NCBI GenBank assembly: GCA_963736855.1
Contig: CAVTQK010000015.1
Coordinates: 384,001 to 448,000, forward strand
Length of the DNA: 64,000 nucleotides
Origin: an uncultured delta proteobacterium
GTDB lineage: Bacteria; Desulfobacterota; Desulfobacteria; Desulfobacterales; UBA2156
Reading direction: 5' to 3'
Below are positions 1-9,630 of this stretch, piece after piece. The position numbers and the translations under genes were made by a program. The notes below the pieces were generated by a model. The model saw only the letters and a list, made by a program, of their open reading frames with translations, was not told the DNA's origin and made no database searches. Position 1 is the first letter of the stretch. Each line of letters starts with the position of its first letter.

Positions 1-1
1 C

Positions 2-403
2 TTTATGCTCTCCCTCGCGGCCTGCAGGGAATGCAAAGCTTGCCGTTCCCGCCTTTCGCCGGCTCAGGGAAATGTTCGAAGTTCCGAGCATCTTCTCTCC
101 CAAGGAAAACCGCACCCGCACCGGATCAAAAACTTCTATTCCTTCACATGCAACCACAGCGGTAGCCGTGACCTCATCGCCCTGATCAACCCTTGCGCTG
201 CTGAGGGAAAGACTCTTGAGTATCAGGTTCGGTTTTATCTTCTCGGGTTCCCGCACTTCTTTCCTGGTAGGTATCTCTCCCCGATCCTCCCGACCAGACT
301 CCGCCTGCCTACCCTCGAACGAACGGCTCCTGCGATCCTGACCAGAAACATAAAAGGGTATACATAAAAGAAAAAGAACTCCGATCAAAATGCCCTTCTT
401 CAT
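2..403 (-). CDS. Secreted protein with CARDB/Ig-like domain, 3'-partial (runs off window start)
   Basis: Not in the ORF track (no stop in window). Manual translation: MKKGILIGVLFLLCIPFYVSGQD... (signal peptide) ...KPNLILKSLSLSSARVDQGDEVTATAVVACEG...VRVRFSLGEKMLG...ASFAFPAGREGEHK. ATG overlaps the upstream gene's stop (TAATG at 405-401). Confidence 0.7.
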   Translation of the reverse strand, partial: MKKGILIGVLFLLCIPFYVSGQDRRSRSFEGRQAESGREDRGEIPTRKEVREPEKIKPNLILKSLSLSSARVDQGDEVTATAVVACEGIEVFDPVRVRFSLGEKMLGTSNISLSRRKAGTASFAFPAGREGEHK

Positions 404-1729
404 TATGCTCCGTCTCTACTGTTTTGAGCTCTTTTTATGGTTCGACTTCTGGAAATCGCAATGGCGACATATAGTGGAACGAAAATCAGCATGCAAATAA
501 GCCAAAAGACCGGTCTCATCATGATCCATGAGGCGCCGACAACGGGCATCAACATGATTCTGGCTGCTCTTCGGAGCCCATCGGATTCCGATAGATAAGC
601 AGCGATTTTCGGGGAGCATGAATAATACAACCGGACAAGGAATCTGCCCGCGCCGCTTTTAGCCAGGATTCGGTCTCGGAATTTCCTGAGGATATCGACC
701 TGCCAGGCTACGGGAGATCCGTAGGCGGCGGTCGCGATAAAACAGCCGCCGCCACCGTCATCGGAAGGCGGCGATGAAGGGTTGGGACCCACAGCAATAT
801 CGACAGGACCGTCACCGGCGAAAATGGATGCGATCAGGGAACAAGAATCCGCATCGATGACCGAAATGATATCATCCGATGCATTGGCGACAAATACCGT
901 CTGGCCGGAAGGGTGGCATGCGACACCGCCGGGGTCTCGTCCCACGGCGACGGTGGAGACAACGGTGTTGGAGGCGCTGTCGATTACAGAAATGGTGTCG
1001 TCATCAGTGTTTGCAACATACACCCTGCTTCCGTCGGGCCTCACAGCCAGGCCGGATGGGTTGCTGCCGACCGTGATAAGGTCCAGACCTGCATTCGCCA
1101 ACGTGTCAATGGGCATCACGGCGTTTAAGTTTCCCGATGCGTAGGCCCGGTTTCCCGAAGGCGAAACAGCGACGCTGACAGGAAATCGCATGCCGATATT
1201 GGCCACCACGGTATTTGTTGCCGTATCGATGGTATGCACGGTCCACAGACGCAGCATGGCAACATAAACCCTTGCCCCGCTGGCATCGGCTGCAATGCCA
1301 TACGGCCAGGAGCCCAGCGTAATTGTTTGCGTCAGCGTATTCGTCGTCGCATCGATCACCGAAATCGTGAAGCTGTTGTTATTGGTCACATAGACCCGGT
1401 TTTGAGAGGAACTGAAGGCGACATCCTGAGGTTCCGGACCGACGGCTATCGTCAGCGATCACGCTGTTTAAGGCCGTATCAATGACGGATACCGTGTCGG
1501 AACCTCTGTTGGCGCAGAAGGCTCTCGAACCATCACCGTTGAGGGCTATCCCCTGGGGTTGGTCGCCGACTGGAATGGATGCGATAACCTGATAGGTGGT
1601 GGAATCCAATACGGTCACACGATCGGAGTTGAAGTTGGCAACATAGATGCGCTCGGCATGCGACTGAGCAGGCACAAGGGGAAGGCATAAAAAAATTGCC
1701 AAACCAATCCAAGAAAATCGTCTGGTCAT
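403..1729 (-). pseudogene. YVTN beta-propeller repeat protein with C-terminal CFI-box-CTERM domain; one +1 frameshift at ~1453 (pseudogene or sequence error)
   Basis: ORFs 1379-1729 (signal peptide, IYVANFNSDRVTVLD) and 403-1389 join into ...NSVIA-TIAVGPEPQDVAFSSSQNRVYVTNNNS... if one base at ~1453 is removed. C-terminus GGGGCFIATAAYGS...LRKFRD...LYY plus TM helix and basic tail. Confidence 0.85.
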
Positions 1730-1785
1730 GGTGCGATTTCTCCTACTGGGTGGTTTTCAGTTTCACTGCCGGGGTATTATTAATT

Positions 1786-2308
1786 GATAAGAACTTGCTT
1801 TTACACGGATGGATTAAGGACGAGGATGGATTGTGTTTTGTCATCATCCGTACCTCAAGATATGGGAACCTTCAGGCAATGTGACGTATATACTATTGAT
1901 TATCCGAAAGGAAATGTGCTGTCAATCGGGATTGTATAGCCAAGATGCCGTTTTCCTGGAGTGTTCGGGCATAGGTCGCCTGTCTGCGTACATTGCACAG
2001 GCAGGCGAGTCAACTTCGGACGGGTTTTTCAGAAATAAGAATCCATGGGGTAAGCCGGGTCGGCGACGTAATCCTCTGTGGAAGGCGCAACGGGGTCATC
2101 ATATGTTGCCGTCTCAATCAGGGTCGGGGCATGGGCGACATGCCTTTCCGGTCGTTTCGGATCCCATAAGTTCAGGTGGTTGAGTATTTTTTTAATCACA
2201 TCCGAATTTTCTATGAACGCGACCACCCGCATTTTTCCCTGGCACTTGGGCCAGGCCAGGGGATTGATCTCATATATTTTTTTTGGATCAGGCGCGACCA
2301 GCTTTTTC
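1786..2308 (-). mobile_element. IS91/ISCR-family remnant 1: transposase 3' end plus ori-like end
   Basis: Minus strand encodes (WSRLIQK)IYEINPLAWPKCQGKMRVVAFIENSDVIKKILNHLNLWD, an IS91-type C-terminus. Ends AAAAGCAAGTTCTTATC|AATT, resembling the oriIS TTCCTAT motif. Homologous to 10908-11439 and 16733-17023. Confidence 0.85.
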
Positions 2309-2647
2309 GAAAACAAAGAGGAGGCCACTTTTGACCTGTCAACTGCCAATCGTTCGGTACGGCTTGCTGTGGATCCCGGGTATGATCTGTTTCGGCGTCT
2401 CGTTCGCGAAGAGATCCAGCCCACAGTGAATTCCATCCGGGGTTCCACTTCGCTTCTAGCCGTAGTCGCCGGAGATCCTTCTACCGATGATCTGAAGACG
2501 GTCAGAACCCTGCTCGCGGGCCTCAGCCATCCAGAAACGCACATTCTCCGCGAAGCAAATACGGTGCCGCAGCAGCTCAAAGCTCACGATATTCTCTACT
2601 TCGCCATAGGCGGGAGAAAAGGCCATCTTCCTGCCCCTTTCATCTGA
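2309..2647 (+). pseudogene. Internal fragment of a probable M1-aminopeptidase-like gene
   Basis: RLAVDPGYDLFRRLVREEIQPTVNSIRG resembles the post-catalytic segment of deltaproteobacterial M1 peptidases (recognised from memory). No credible start; begins at the IS91 breakpoint. Confidence 0.45.
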
Positions 2648-2796
2648 AGCAGATCAAATGCTTGTTGGCAAGATCCCGCATTGCGGAAATTACAGCCATT
2701 TCATTTTCCGTAACGCACAGAATCTGGTAAAAAGCACTCGGTCAGTCGCCGCATCGCCGACTATATGTAATCTCATTTCAGAGGATCGAGAGAGGG

Positions 2797-3627
2797 CTAG
2801 TGCACTCTGATGTAGGGACTATAAATAATACCGTTTATGAGCAAATAGACGCCAAAGGCCAATGCGGCATATCCAAAGGCAAAGTAGAGTACTTTATACC
2901 AGAGAGCTGGGGCAGGGGCCTCGGCAAGCTCGAGATTCCCCTTTTTTTCTAGTCGCTCCACCCAGGCCGGTTTTTCCTCCATGGCTTCTTTAAGTTTGAC
3001 AGTGCCTGCGAACATCGCCTCATTCAATGGAAAACTGAAGGGTCGAAGATGCCCGACAAAAAAATGAATTATGAAGATGTAAAGAACCGCCAAGATTGCC
3101 TCCGCCTCGTGCAAGAGGCCGGCCACATTGAGTCCCCAGCCAGGCAATATGCGGCTTGTGGCGAGAGGATACATGAGCATGAGCCCGGTGCCTGCCAGCA
3201 GTGGTAAGCCCCAGAAGACCGCCCAGTAATCGAACTTCTCCCAGTAGGCCCAACGGTCCAATTTAGGGGGCGAACCTAATCCAAAAAACCATAGAATTCG
3301 CTGCCATAGATGCCGTGCATCGTGAAAGTTGGGAACCAGAGAGTCCGGCCCCAAAATGCTTTCTCCCAAATTCCGCCAGTCAACCTTGGTGAAGAGGTAT
3401 ACGACATGCACCAGGAAACCGACAATCATCAAGAGACCTACCCGTTGATGGATCAGAAACGAGGAGTCATAACCCCCGAAGACATTGCTGAGTGTCTTGC
3501 CCCAAGAGGTGGTAATGAATAGACGACTGAAACCGGTGGCCGACTGAATCAGAAAGGTTAGCATAAGGAAGAAATGAAACAGCCGATCTATCTTATTAAA
3601 TCGTTTTATATGCATTGTCGACTTCAT
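2797..3627 (-). CDS. Membrane cytochrome b (FdnI/CbcL-like di-heme b domain)
   Basis: RFNKIDRLFH, IHQ, WAYWEKFDYWAVFWG, LLHEAEA, IIHFF; several TM helices; ATGA overlap with the upstream gene. Confidence 0.88.
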   Translation of the reverse strand: MKSTMHIKRFNKIDRLFHFFLMLTFLIQSATGFSRLFITTSWGKTLSNVFGGYDSSFLIHQRVGLLMIVGFLVHVVYLFTKVDWRNLGESILGPDSLVPNFHDARHLWQRILWFFGLGSPPKLDRWAYWEKFDYWAVFWGLPLLAGTGLMLMYPLATSRILPGWGLNVAGLLHEAEAILAVLYIFIIHFFVGHLRPFSFPLNEAMFAGTVKLKEAMEEKPAWVERLEKKGNLELAEAPAPALWYKVLYFAFGYAALAFGVYLLINGIIYSPYIRVH

Positions 3628-4307
3628 TTCTCAGACTTCCCTTTCTTCCTGAATAGCTCACGCAAGCCCACCAGAACACTATGCGGCACAAAGAAACCCA
3701 GTGTGAAAAGTAATAGCAAGAGCATAAACCAGTAAGTGTAATACAGGAGGGGAAAGCTCTTCTTGGTTCCTGGCGCCCCTGGTGCAGGTTCATGGATAAC
3801 ATAACTGGCGAAAGATGCACCCGCACCCTCATGACACTTGGCGCATACGTACGCATGCTTCCGGATCGGGTTCATGGGTGAATTAAAGTATTGAATGCTG
3901 GCAATGGGTTCCCCCCCATGACACTGCCGGCAGGTTAAGTTGGCACGCACCGTGTGGATGTCTTTCGTCTGCTCGGAATGGCAGGTCTGGCAGGTCTTCT
4001 CCGTGTAAAACGCAATTCCCATGTGAGAGTCGCCAAGGCGCGAGCGGTTCCTCACCTGGGCCGCTGACGGGCTGTAGGGAAACAACCCGACCTGAACGCC
4101 GGGGACCTCGATGAAGGGCCGCTGGCGCCTTGGCCGCACTTCATACTCCTCATAATAGCCCGTGCTGGCCTCCCGGTCCTTATACCGTCGGATCGCGGAA
4201 GCCACCTCCTCCTGGGCGGAGGCCGGGGGCGGCAGGGCAAAGAGTACGCCTGCCGCCACGGTGACCAGCACGATCAAGAGCCTCAGAGTGACTGATGACC
4301 TTGCCAT
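3624..4307 (-). CDS. Membrane-anchored triheme cytochrome c
   Basis: Signal peptide; CQTCH, CRQCH, CAKCH; C-terminal TM helix. Confidence 0.88.
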   Translation of the reverse strand: MARSSVTLRLLIVLVTVAAGVLFALPPPASAQEEVASAIRRYKDREASTGYYEEYEVRPRRQRPFIEVPGVQVGLFPYSPSAAQVRNRSRLGDSHMGIAFYTEKTCQTCHSEQTKDIHTVRANLTCRQCHGGEPIASIQYFNSPMNPIRKHAYVCAKCHEGAGASFASYVIHEPAPGAPGTKKSFPLLYYTYWFMLLLLLFTLGFFVPHSVLVGLRELFRKKGKSEK

Positions 4308-4320
4308 CGTGCTCTCCTGT

Positions 4321-5604
4321 TCATTTCTTTGGGGTAGCCAGCTTGTAACCGATTGGCTCGATGGGTTTCCCGACCGGTTTGGGAATTTTTGCCAAGGCCT
4401 CCCACTCTGCCTGCAATTTTTTCAAATCCTCATTCTTGTGCTTGTGGCAGGTCTGGCAGGAGTTGGGCATATCCTTGTTATTGAGCGTCTCCGCGGGCAG
4501 CAGGGTGACAAACACATGGCTGTGCAAGTCACCGGACTCGGCACTGGTTACGATCCGCGGCATGTGGCAGCCTACGCAGTTAGCGAAGGAGTGGATTGAG
4601 TGGGCCATGTTCTGATTGGTTTGGACATGGCACTGAAAACATTGCTTGGAACCCGCTGCCTGGGTCTGGGAGCGGGTCGGCGGTACTCCGATCTGGTGCA
4701 CGTAGTGGCATGACACGCAATTCACGCCTTCCTTGAAATGTTTGGACTGCTTCCAGTCGATGTATTGCTGGTGATGGGCCTTGGAGAACTCGTTGCCGTA
4801 AAGGTGATTTGCGTCGCCGCCGGCGAATGAGGTGGACTTGAAATAGCTTTCCAGTACTCTACCGGGCTCGTAGCCCACGGCCCACTCCGCATCCTTGTAT
4901 TTGGTGGCCTTGCCGCGGTTGTGGCAGGAGCCGCAAATCTCCACGGCCACTCCCGAGGTGAGCTTGGAGGGGTTGACGATGGTCTGCCTCTTTTCGAAAA
5001 CGGCTGTCTTGGGCAGCGCCGCGTGCCAGGACCCTTTCCCATGGCAGGCTTCGCAGCCCACGGCAGGCTCGACGAATTTTTGCTTGTCGAGATCGACGCC
5101 GGTGGCATGGCAACCGCCGCACTTGAGTAGCCAGGGATTTTTATCCCAAGTGGCCTCGTTATAGTTCACCCAGCGATCGGTGTCGGCATTGTATTGAACC
5201 GGGGAGATATATAGCACGCCGCCCTTTTCCACGATGTAACGCTGTTTCCACTGGCTGCCGATGGTATATTTTATGTCTTCGATTTTGGGGATAAAAATTT
5301 GATCGGCCGGGACCTTCAGCTTGTCGCCAAGTTTGGCGAGATCTTCGCGGATTCTCTTCTCGTCGAAATCCGCTATGATCGCGTCCCTGTTTTTCTGGGC
5401 ATCCTGGGTCATGCGGCTGTGGAGTGTCATCATCCAGGAATCGAAGTGCTCCAGGTGGCACATCTTGCAGGTGTCCGACCCGACATAGGCTTTCGGCTGT
5501 GCCATGAGCTGCTTGATGTCAACCGCCTTCTCTCCGCCGCAGGCGGACAGGACCAGGGCCATGACACCGATGGTCAGGACCGCTATCAACGCTCTTGCCT
5601 TCAT
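4321..5604 (-). CDS. Octaheme cytochrome c lipoprotein (c554/c552-type multiheme)
   Basis: Start MKARAL at 5604 after GGAGG; lipobox LSAC; eight CxxCH motifs (CKMCH, CGGCH, CEACH, CGSCH, CVSCH, CFQCH, CVGCH, CQTCH). Confidence 0.92.
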   Translation of the reverse strand: MKARALIAVLTIGVMALVLSACGGEKAVDIKQLMAQPKAYVGSDTCKMCHLEHFDSWMMTLHSRMTQDAQKNRDAIIADFDEKRIREDLAKLGDKLKVPADQIFIPKIEDIKYTIGSQWKQRYIVEKGGVLYISPVQYNADTDRWVNYNEATWDKNPWLLKCGGCHATGVDLDKQKFVEPAVGCEACHGKGSWHAALPKTAVFEKRQTIVNPSKLTSGVAVEICGSCHNRGKATKYKDAEWAVGYEPGRVLESYFKSTSFAGGDANHLYGNEFSKAHHQQYIDWKQSKHFKEGVNCVSCHYVHQIGVPPTRSQTQAAGSKQCFQCHVQTNQNMAHSIHSFANCVGCHMPRIVTSAESGDLHSHVFVTLLPAETLNNKDMPNSCQTCHKHKNEDLKKLQAEWEALAKIPKPVGKPIEPIGYKLATPKK

Positions 5605-5855
5605 TTCGACCTCCGTGAGTTGGGTTTGGGTGTGATCACACTTCTGAGCAGGCACATGAACTCGTCTGGGTCTACCGGCCTCCCCGGGCAGGCGCAAATT
5701 TGACGCTTGAGGGACTCTTCCAGGTTCAAAAGCAAAGGTTCACAGGCCAAGGCGATGATCGTGAGCGGGTGCTCGATCTTGAGCTCGCGCAGTGCGGTGT
5801 GGATGAACTGTTTCGCATACAGATCGCTGACGAGAAATCACTTTTCGACAATTTT

Positions 5856-5885
5856 AACCTATCACATGGTGTGGAACTTTGTCAA
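5856..5885 (-). promoter_or_regulatory. Candidate sigma70 promoter for the cytochrome operon
   Basis: Minus strand TTGACA-N18-TAGGTT with TG just upstream of the -10. Confidence 0.35.
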
Positions 5886-6030
5886 TGGTTTTTGTTTCGA
5901 CATGGCAATCATAGAGATCATTCGCCTGTAAGACACGATTCATCCTTGGTTCGGGGCATGACCTCATTCTTTATGCCAGTATCTCGAGGACTGCTGGTCT
6001 TGCATGAAAACGTTAAGTCCAGGTTTAGGG

Positions 6031-6201
6031 TTATGGTGTTTCATCACTATTACCCGGCATATACCAGTCACCCCCGAACGTGTTGATGAGGGCCACCGCG
6101 ACAACCAATCGCTGGCCGTGAAGGCGGATCCCGGTGCGCTCAGTCCCCAGCACTGTATTCTGCGCCGTCGCCACTTCAAGATGGGCATCGGGGGCCAGCA
6201 G
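6031..6201 (-). pseudogene. 3' fragment of an OprM/NodT-type RND outer-membrane efflux protein
   Basis: Manual translation HLEVATAQNTVLGTERTGIRLHGQRLVVAVALINTFGGDW...stop matches the family C-terminal pattern YLEV..AQ....QRL...V.LI.ALGGGW. No 5' part present. Confidence 0.6.
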
Positions 6202-6423
6202 GGAAGATTTACTTTGCTGAGGACCTCACATCGACGCTTCACCACTATTTTGTGTGGAAAACGTTGAAAAAGCTGCTCAGGCAGTCTTGCCGGTTTGTGC
6301 GGTGGACTTAACATCAATGCAGTGCAATCAAAACTTGACTATGGTACACTTCTTCAAATCGATGCCCCATGCAGGCCAGCCAGAACATACGCAACGCTCC
6401 TATACCTTTAGGCAAATTGAATT

Positions 6424-6499
6424 GATAAGAAGTCGCTTTTTTGCGGGTGGATAAAGCAAGAGCATGAAGTGTGTTTTACCATCGTCTGGACCCCAAGAT
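6424..6499 (-). mobile_element. IS91/ISCR-family remnant 2: ori-like end only
   Basis: GATAAGAAGTCGCTTTTTTGCGGGTGGATAAAGCAAGAGCATGAAGTGTGTTTTACCATCGTCTG is nearly identical to 10908-10983 and 14199-14269; preceded by AATTGAATT. Confidence 0.85.
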
Positions 6500-6570
6500 C
6501 TGAGCATTTCAAATCCTGAGATTGGCAGCGGATATACGGAATCTGCCACTGCTGTGGGTGCTGACTTCTG

Positions 6571-9500
6571 TTATTGACTTTCGTCCAGCACTCCCCGAAT
6601 CGTTTTGAGCATTTCTTGGACATCATACGGCTTATGGATAAAGGCTTTGGCCCCGATCTCCGAGACTCTCTCGAACTGTCCGGCAACAGAATAACCGCTG
6701 GCGATGATAACCTTGGCCTGGGGATTCATCTCCAGGAGCATTTGAAGACATTGCGTTCCTCCGATTCCGGGCATAATCAGGTCGAGGATAACCAGCTTAA
6801 TTCTGTCTCTATCCTCTCGGTAGACTTGCAGGGCGGTCTCACCATCTTCTGCGCTGATGACCGTGTACCCAAACATTTTGAGAATCGTTTTGCCTAGATC
6901 ACGCACAACATCATCATCATCCACAAGAAGTATGATCTCATCGCCGCCGCGCTGCTCTGCCACCCCTGTATCGATACGGGAAGTTCCTTCGAGTTGCTCG
7001 ATCGCTGGAAGAAAGATCTCGAATGTGGTTCCCTGGCCTGGATTGCTGACGCATGTGATGTGCCCATGGTGATTCTTGACTATGCCGTAAACCATGGCTA
7101 GGCCCAGGCCGGTGCCTTTCCCGACCTCCTTGGTGGTAAAAAACGGATCAAAGATATGTTCCAGGGTAGTCTTTTCCATCCCTTGACCCGTGTCGGCAAC
7201 GGTGAGAAGAACATAACTCCCGGGAGAAAACTCTGGCTGGGTGCGGCGATAACCCTCATCCGGAACGATGTTTTTCGTTTCGATTCTGAGCGTGCCACCA
7301 TCCGGCATGGCATCCCTTGCATTTACCGCGAGATTCATCAAGACCTGCTCGATCTGTGAGGCATCGGCATTCACATAGTGAAGGTTCCACGTCAGATGCA
7401 GCTCGATCCTGATCATTTTGGGGATGGTCCGTTCAAGTAACATCCTTACATCGTCCACAATTCGGTTGAGGTCAACGGGCTGGAGTTGTGATTCCACCTT
7501 GTGGCTGAAGGTGAGCAGCTGGCGGGTGAGATTGCCCCCGCGTTTGGCGGCACGACTGATCTCCTGAAGTTCTCGGTAGCCTTTCTCTCCTTCCGTCTTC
7601 TTCAAAAGTAACAAATCCGCATAGCCTTGGACGGCCTGGAGGAGGTTATTGAAATCATGGGCGATACCTCCGGCGAGCGTACCAACGGCCTCCATCTTAT
7701 GGGCCTGCCGAAGTTGTGCCTCGAGCTTCTTGGTTTCGGTGATATCGATGACGATTCCTCTAATTCCGACAGCCTTCCCATCACGGAACTTGGCGGTGGA
7801 GTGCATAATCACGGGAAAGGTGCTCCCGTCTTTGCGTAGCGCGATGTATTCATTCAACCCAAGCCTCTCTCCGTTCATGACTCTCTTGGCGTTTTCAAGA
7901 GCCCTGGGTCGATCTTCCGGAGATATCATATCAAAGCCGTTCAGGCCTTGTTTCAGGTCCTCTTGGGAAAGCCCAAAATGAGCGAAAGCATTCTGGTTGA
8001 CAAAGGTGATATTCCCGCTGGCATCCATCTCAAAAACGGTTTCAGGTAGCAATTCGGCCAGTTCCTGGAACCTCTCCTGACTCTCCCGCAGCGCCTCTTC
8101 CCCCTGCTTGCGCTGGATGATTCGCCACATGCCGGTCATCAGCAGAGTGAGTTGGCGCACGTCGGCCTCGTCATAATCCGTTGGCTTGTTTCCGACACCG
8201 GAAACCAGCACGATGCGGTCCCCGTCGAAAAGAGGGACGTTCATATGCCGGTGCACCGCCACGTGGCCTGGGGGAGTGCCACGTTTGAGGGGGTTGGGAG
8301 CCTGATAATCATTGGTGATGATTGGGCGACGCTGGCGAACGGCTTCGCCCCAAAGACCGGTCGTCTCGACGGGGTATTCGATGGGTTTGTCAACCATCCG
8401 GCATTCCTGCATGGCCAGACGAGACCAGGCATGCATGGTAAGCACCGTTTCATCCTCGTTCATGAAGGCTACATATCCGATGGTGCTTTGTGTCAGCCGG
8501 ACCGCTTCTTCCATTGAGAATTCAGCGATCTCGTGAAATGTGGCGCCGGTCATCTGATTGAGCTGGAGAAGCGTTTCCAGACGGGATTCGTCGAGCCGGC
8601 GTGCTTCTTCCGCACACTTACGCTCAGTAATGTCTCGCACCACGCTGATCAATGTGCGAGTGCCATCGACGGTTTCACCCCGCGAGCTGACCTCCACTGG
8701 GAACGTGCTACCGTCGCTGCGTCGGTGGACGGTCTCGAAGAGCAGCCCGCGCTCATCCGCCTCCGCCATTTGGTCGGCGGTCAACTCCAACGTTTCAGGC
8801 GCGCGCAGGTGATGGATTGTCAGCTCCAGTAGTTGCTCACGGCTGTACCCATAGGCCTTCGTGGCCGCTATATTGGCTTCCAAGATGCGCCCATCGTCTC
8901 TTCGCATGAAAAGGATGATGTCCCGACTGTGGACCACCAGGAGTTCGTAGCGATGCAGCGACTCTTCAGCGCGTCTACGTTCGGCTAGGGCTTTAAATTC
9001 CCGACGCTCAAGCAGGTGCTGTCGAACGAGCAAGAGAACCATGATCAACGTGATTGCCAGGGTCAGAGTGAAGAGCAGATTGACACTGAAAAGGAACCGG
9101 TCAAGGCGATCGCGCTGCTCCGTCAGGATTCTGTCGGCTGTCAATTCAGAAGCGTGGTTCAGGTCTCTGGCTTTCTGAAATGCCCCGGTGATCCGGGACA
9201 ACACAATCTCAATGGTGGTTTCCGTCTCCGGACCATACCCCGAGACGCCTTCGGAAAGCCAAAGCTGTACATCGGCGATGGCCGGAGCAACGACAGCGTG
9301 GAACGCGGAAGCCTGGATCAGATTGTCGAACACATAGGTGGTGCGCAGTCCGACTATGGCATTGTGGACGGCCATGACTTTGTTACGAAGCCGCATGAAG
9401 TTCTCCGAAGTTGGGGCAACCTTGGTCACTTCAGCGGCAGAGACGACTTGCGCAAGATCTTCGTTGACAAGCGCCAGGTCATGAAGCTGTCCAAGCAGTG

Positions 9501-9630
9501 TGCCGGGAAGATTCTTTTCCACTGAGCGCAGGGTGACGTTGGTGTGGATCCCTGCCGCAATCAGGGCGACAAGGACGGATACCACGGCGCTCCAAAGCAA
9601 AATCTTGATAATGGGTGGAGGCCGTCTCAT
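6571..9630 (-). CDS. Membrane hybrid sensor histidine kinase (2TM-PAS-GAF-PAS-HisKA-HATPase-REC)
   Basis: H-box [38 protein letters not shown]; receiver LLVDDD...ILDLIMP...HKP. Start taken at MRRPPP (ATGA overlap with the TAXI stop). Confidence 0.93.
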   Translation of the reverse strand: MRRPPPIIKILLWSAVVSVLVALIAAGIHTNVTLRSVEKNLPGTLLGQLHDLALVNEDLAQVVSAAEVTKVAPTSENFMRLRNKVMAVHNAIVGLRTTYVFDNLIQASAFHAVVAPAIADVQLWLSEGVSGYGPETETTIEIVLSRITGAFQKARDLNHASELTADRILTEQRDRLDRFLFSVNLLFTLTLAITLIMVLLLVRQHLLERREFKALAERRRAEESLHRYELLVVHSRDIILFMRRDDGRILEANIAATKAYGYSREQLLELTIHHLRAPETLELTADQMAEADERGLLFETVHRRSDGSTFPVEVSSRGETVDGTRTLISVVRDITERKCAEEARRLDESRLETLLQLNQMTGATFHEIAEFSMEEAVRLTQSTIGYVAFMNEDETVLTMHAWSRLAMQECRMVDKPIEYPVETTGLWGEAVRQRRPIITNDYQAPNPLKRGTPPGHVAVHRHMNVPLFDGDRIVLVSGVGNKPTDYDEADVRQLTLLMTGMWRIIQRKQGEEALRESQERFQELAELLPETVFEMDASGNITFVNQNAFAHFGLSQEDLKQGLNGFDMISPEDRPRALENAKRVMNGERLGLNEYIALRKDGSTFPVIMHSTAKFRDGKAVGIRGIVIDITETKKLEAQLRQAHKMEAVGTLAGGIAHDFNNLLQAVQGYADLLLLKKTEGEKGYRELQEISRAAKRGGNLTRQLLTFSHKVESQLQPVDLNRIVDDVRMLLERTIPKMIRIELHLTWNLHYVNADASQIEQVLMNLAVNARDAMPDGGTLRIETKNIVPDEGYRRTQPEFSPGSYVLLTVADTGQGMEKTTLEHIFDPFFTTKEVGKGTGLGLAMVYGIVKNHHGHITCVSNPGQGTTFEIFLPAIEQLEGTSRIDTGVAEQRGGDEIILLVDDDDVVRDLGKTILKMFGYTVISAEDGETALQVYREDRDRIKLVILDLIMPGIGGTQCLQMLLEMNPQAKVIIASGYSVAGQFERVSEIGAKAFIHKPYDVQEMLKTIRGVLDESQ

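Noticed and set aside
5..367. 120-aa plus-strand ORF
   Set aside because: Shadow of the minus-strand signal-peptide/CARDB gene starting at 403.
1450..1456. Programmed frameshifting in the YVTN gene or atpZ (33258)
   Set aside because: No slippery heptamer, homopolymer or obvious stimulatory structure.
2029..2580. 183-aa minus ORF as a real gene
   Set aside because: Chimera of antisense peptidase fragment and frameshifted transposase tail.
5605..5697. N-terminal extension of the octaheme ORF
   Set aside because: RBS and lipoprotein signal support the ATG at 5604.
5700..6454. Several 66-128 aa ORFs
   Set aside because: No recognisable motifs; only the efflux fragment in an unlisted frame looks protein-like.
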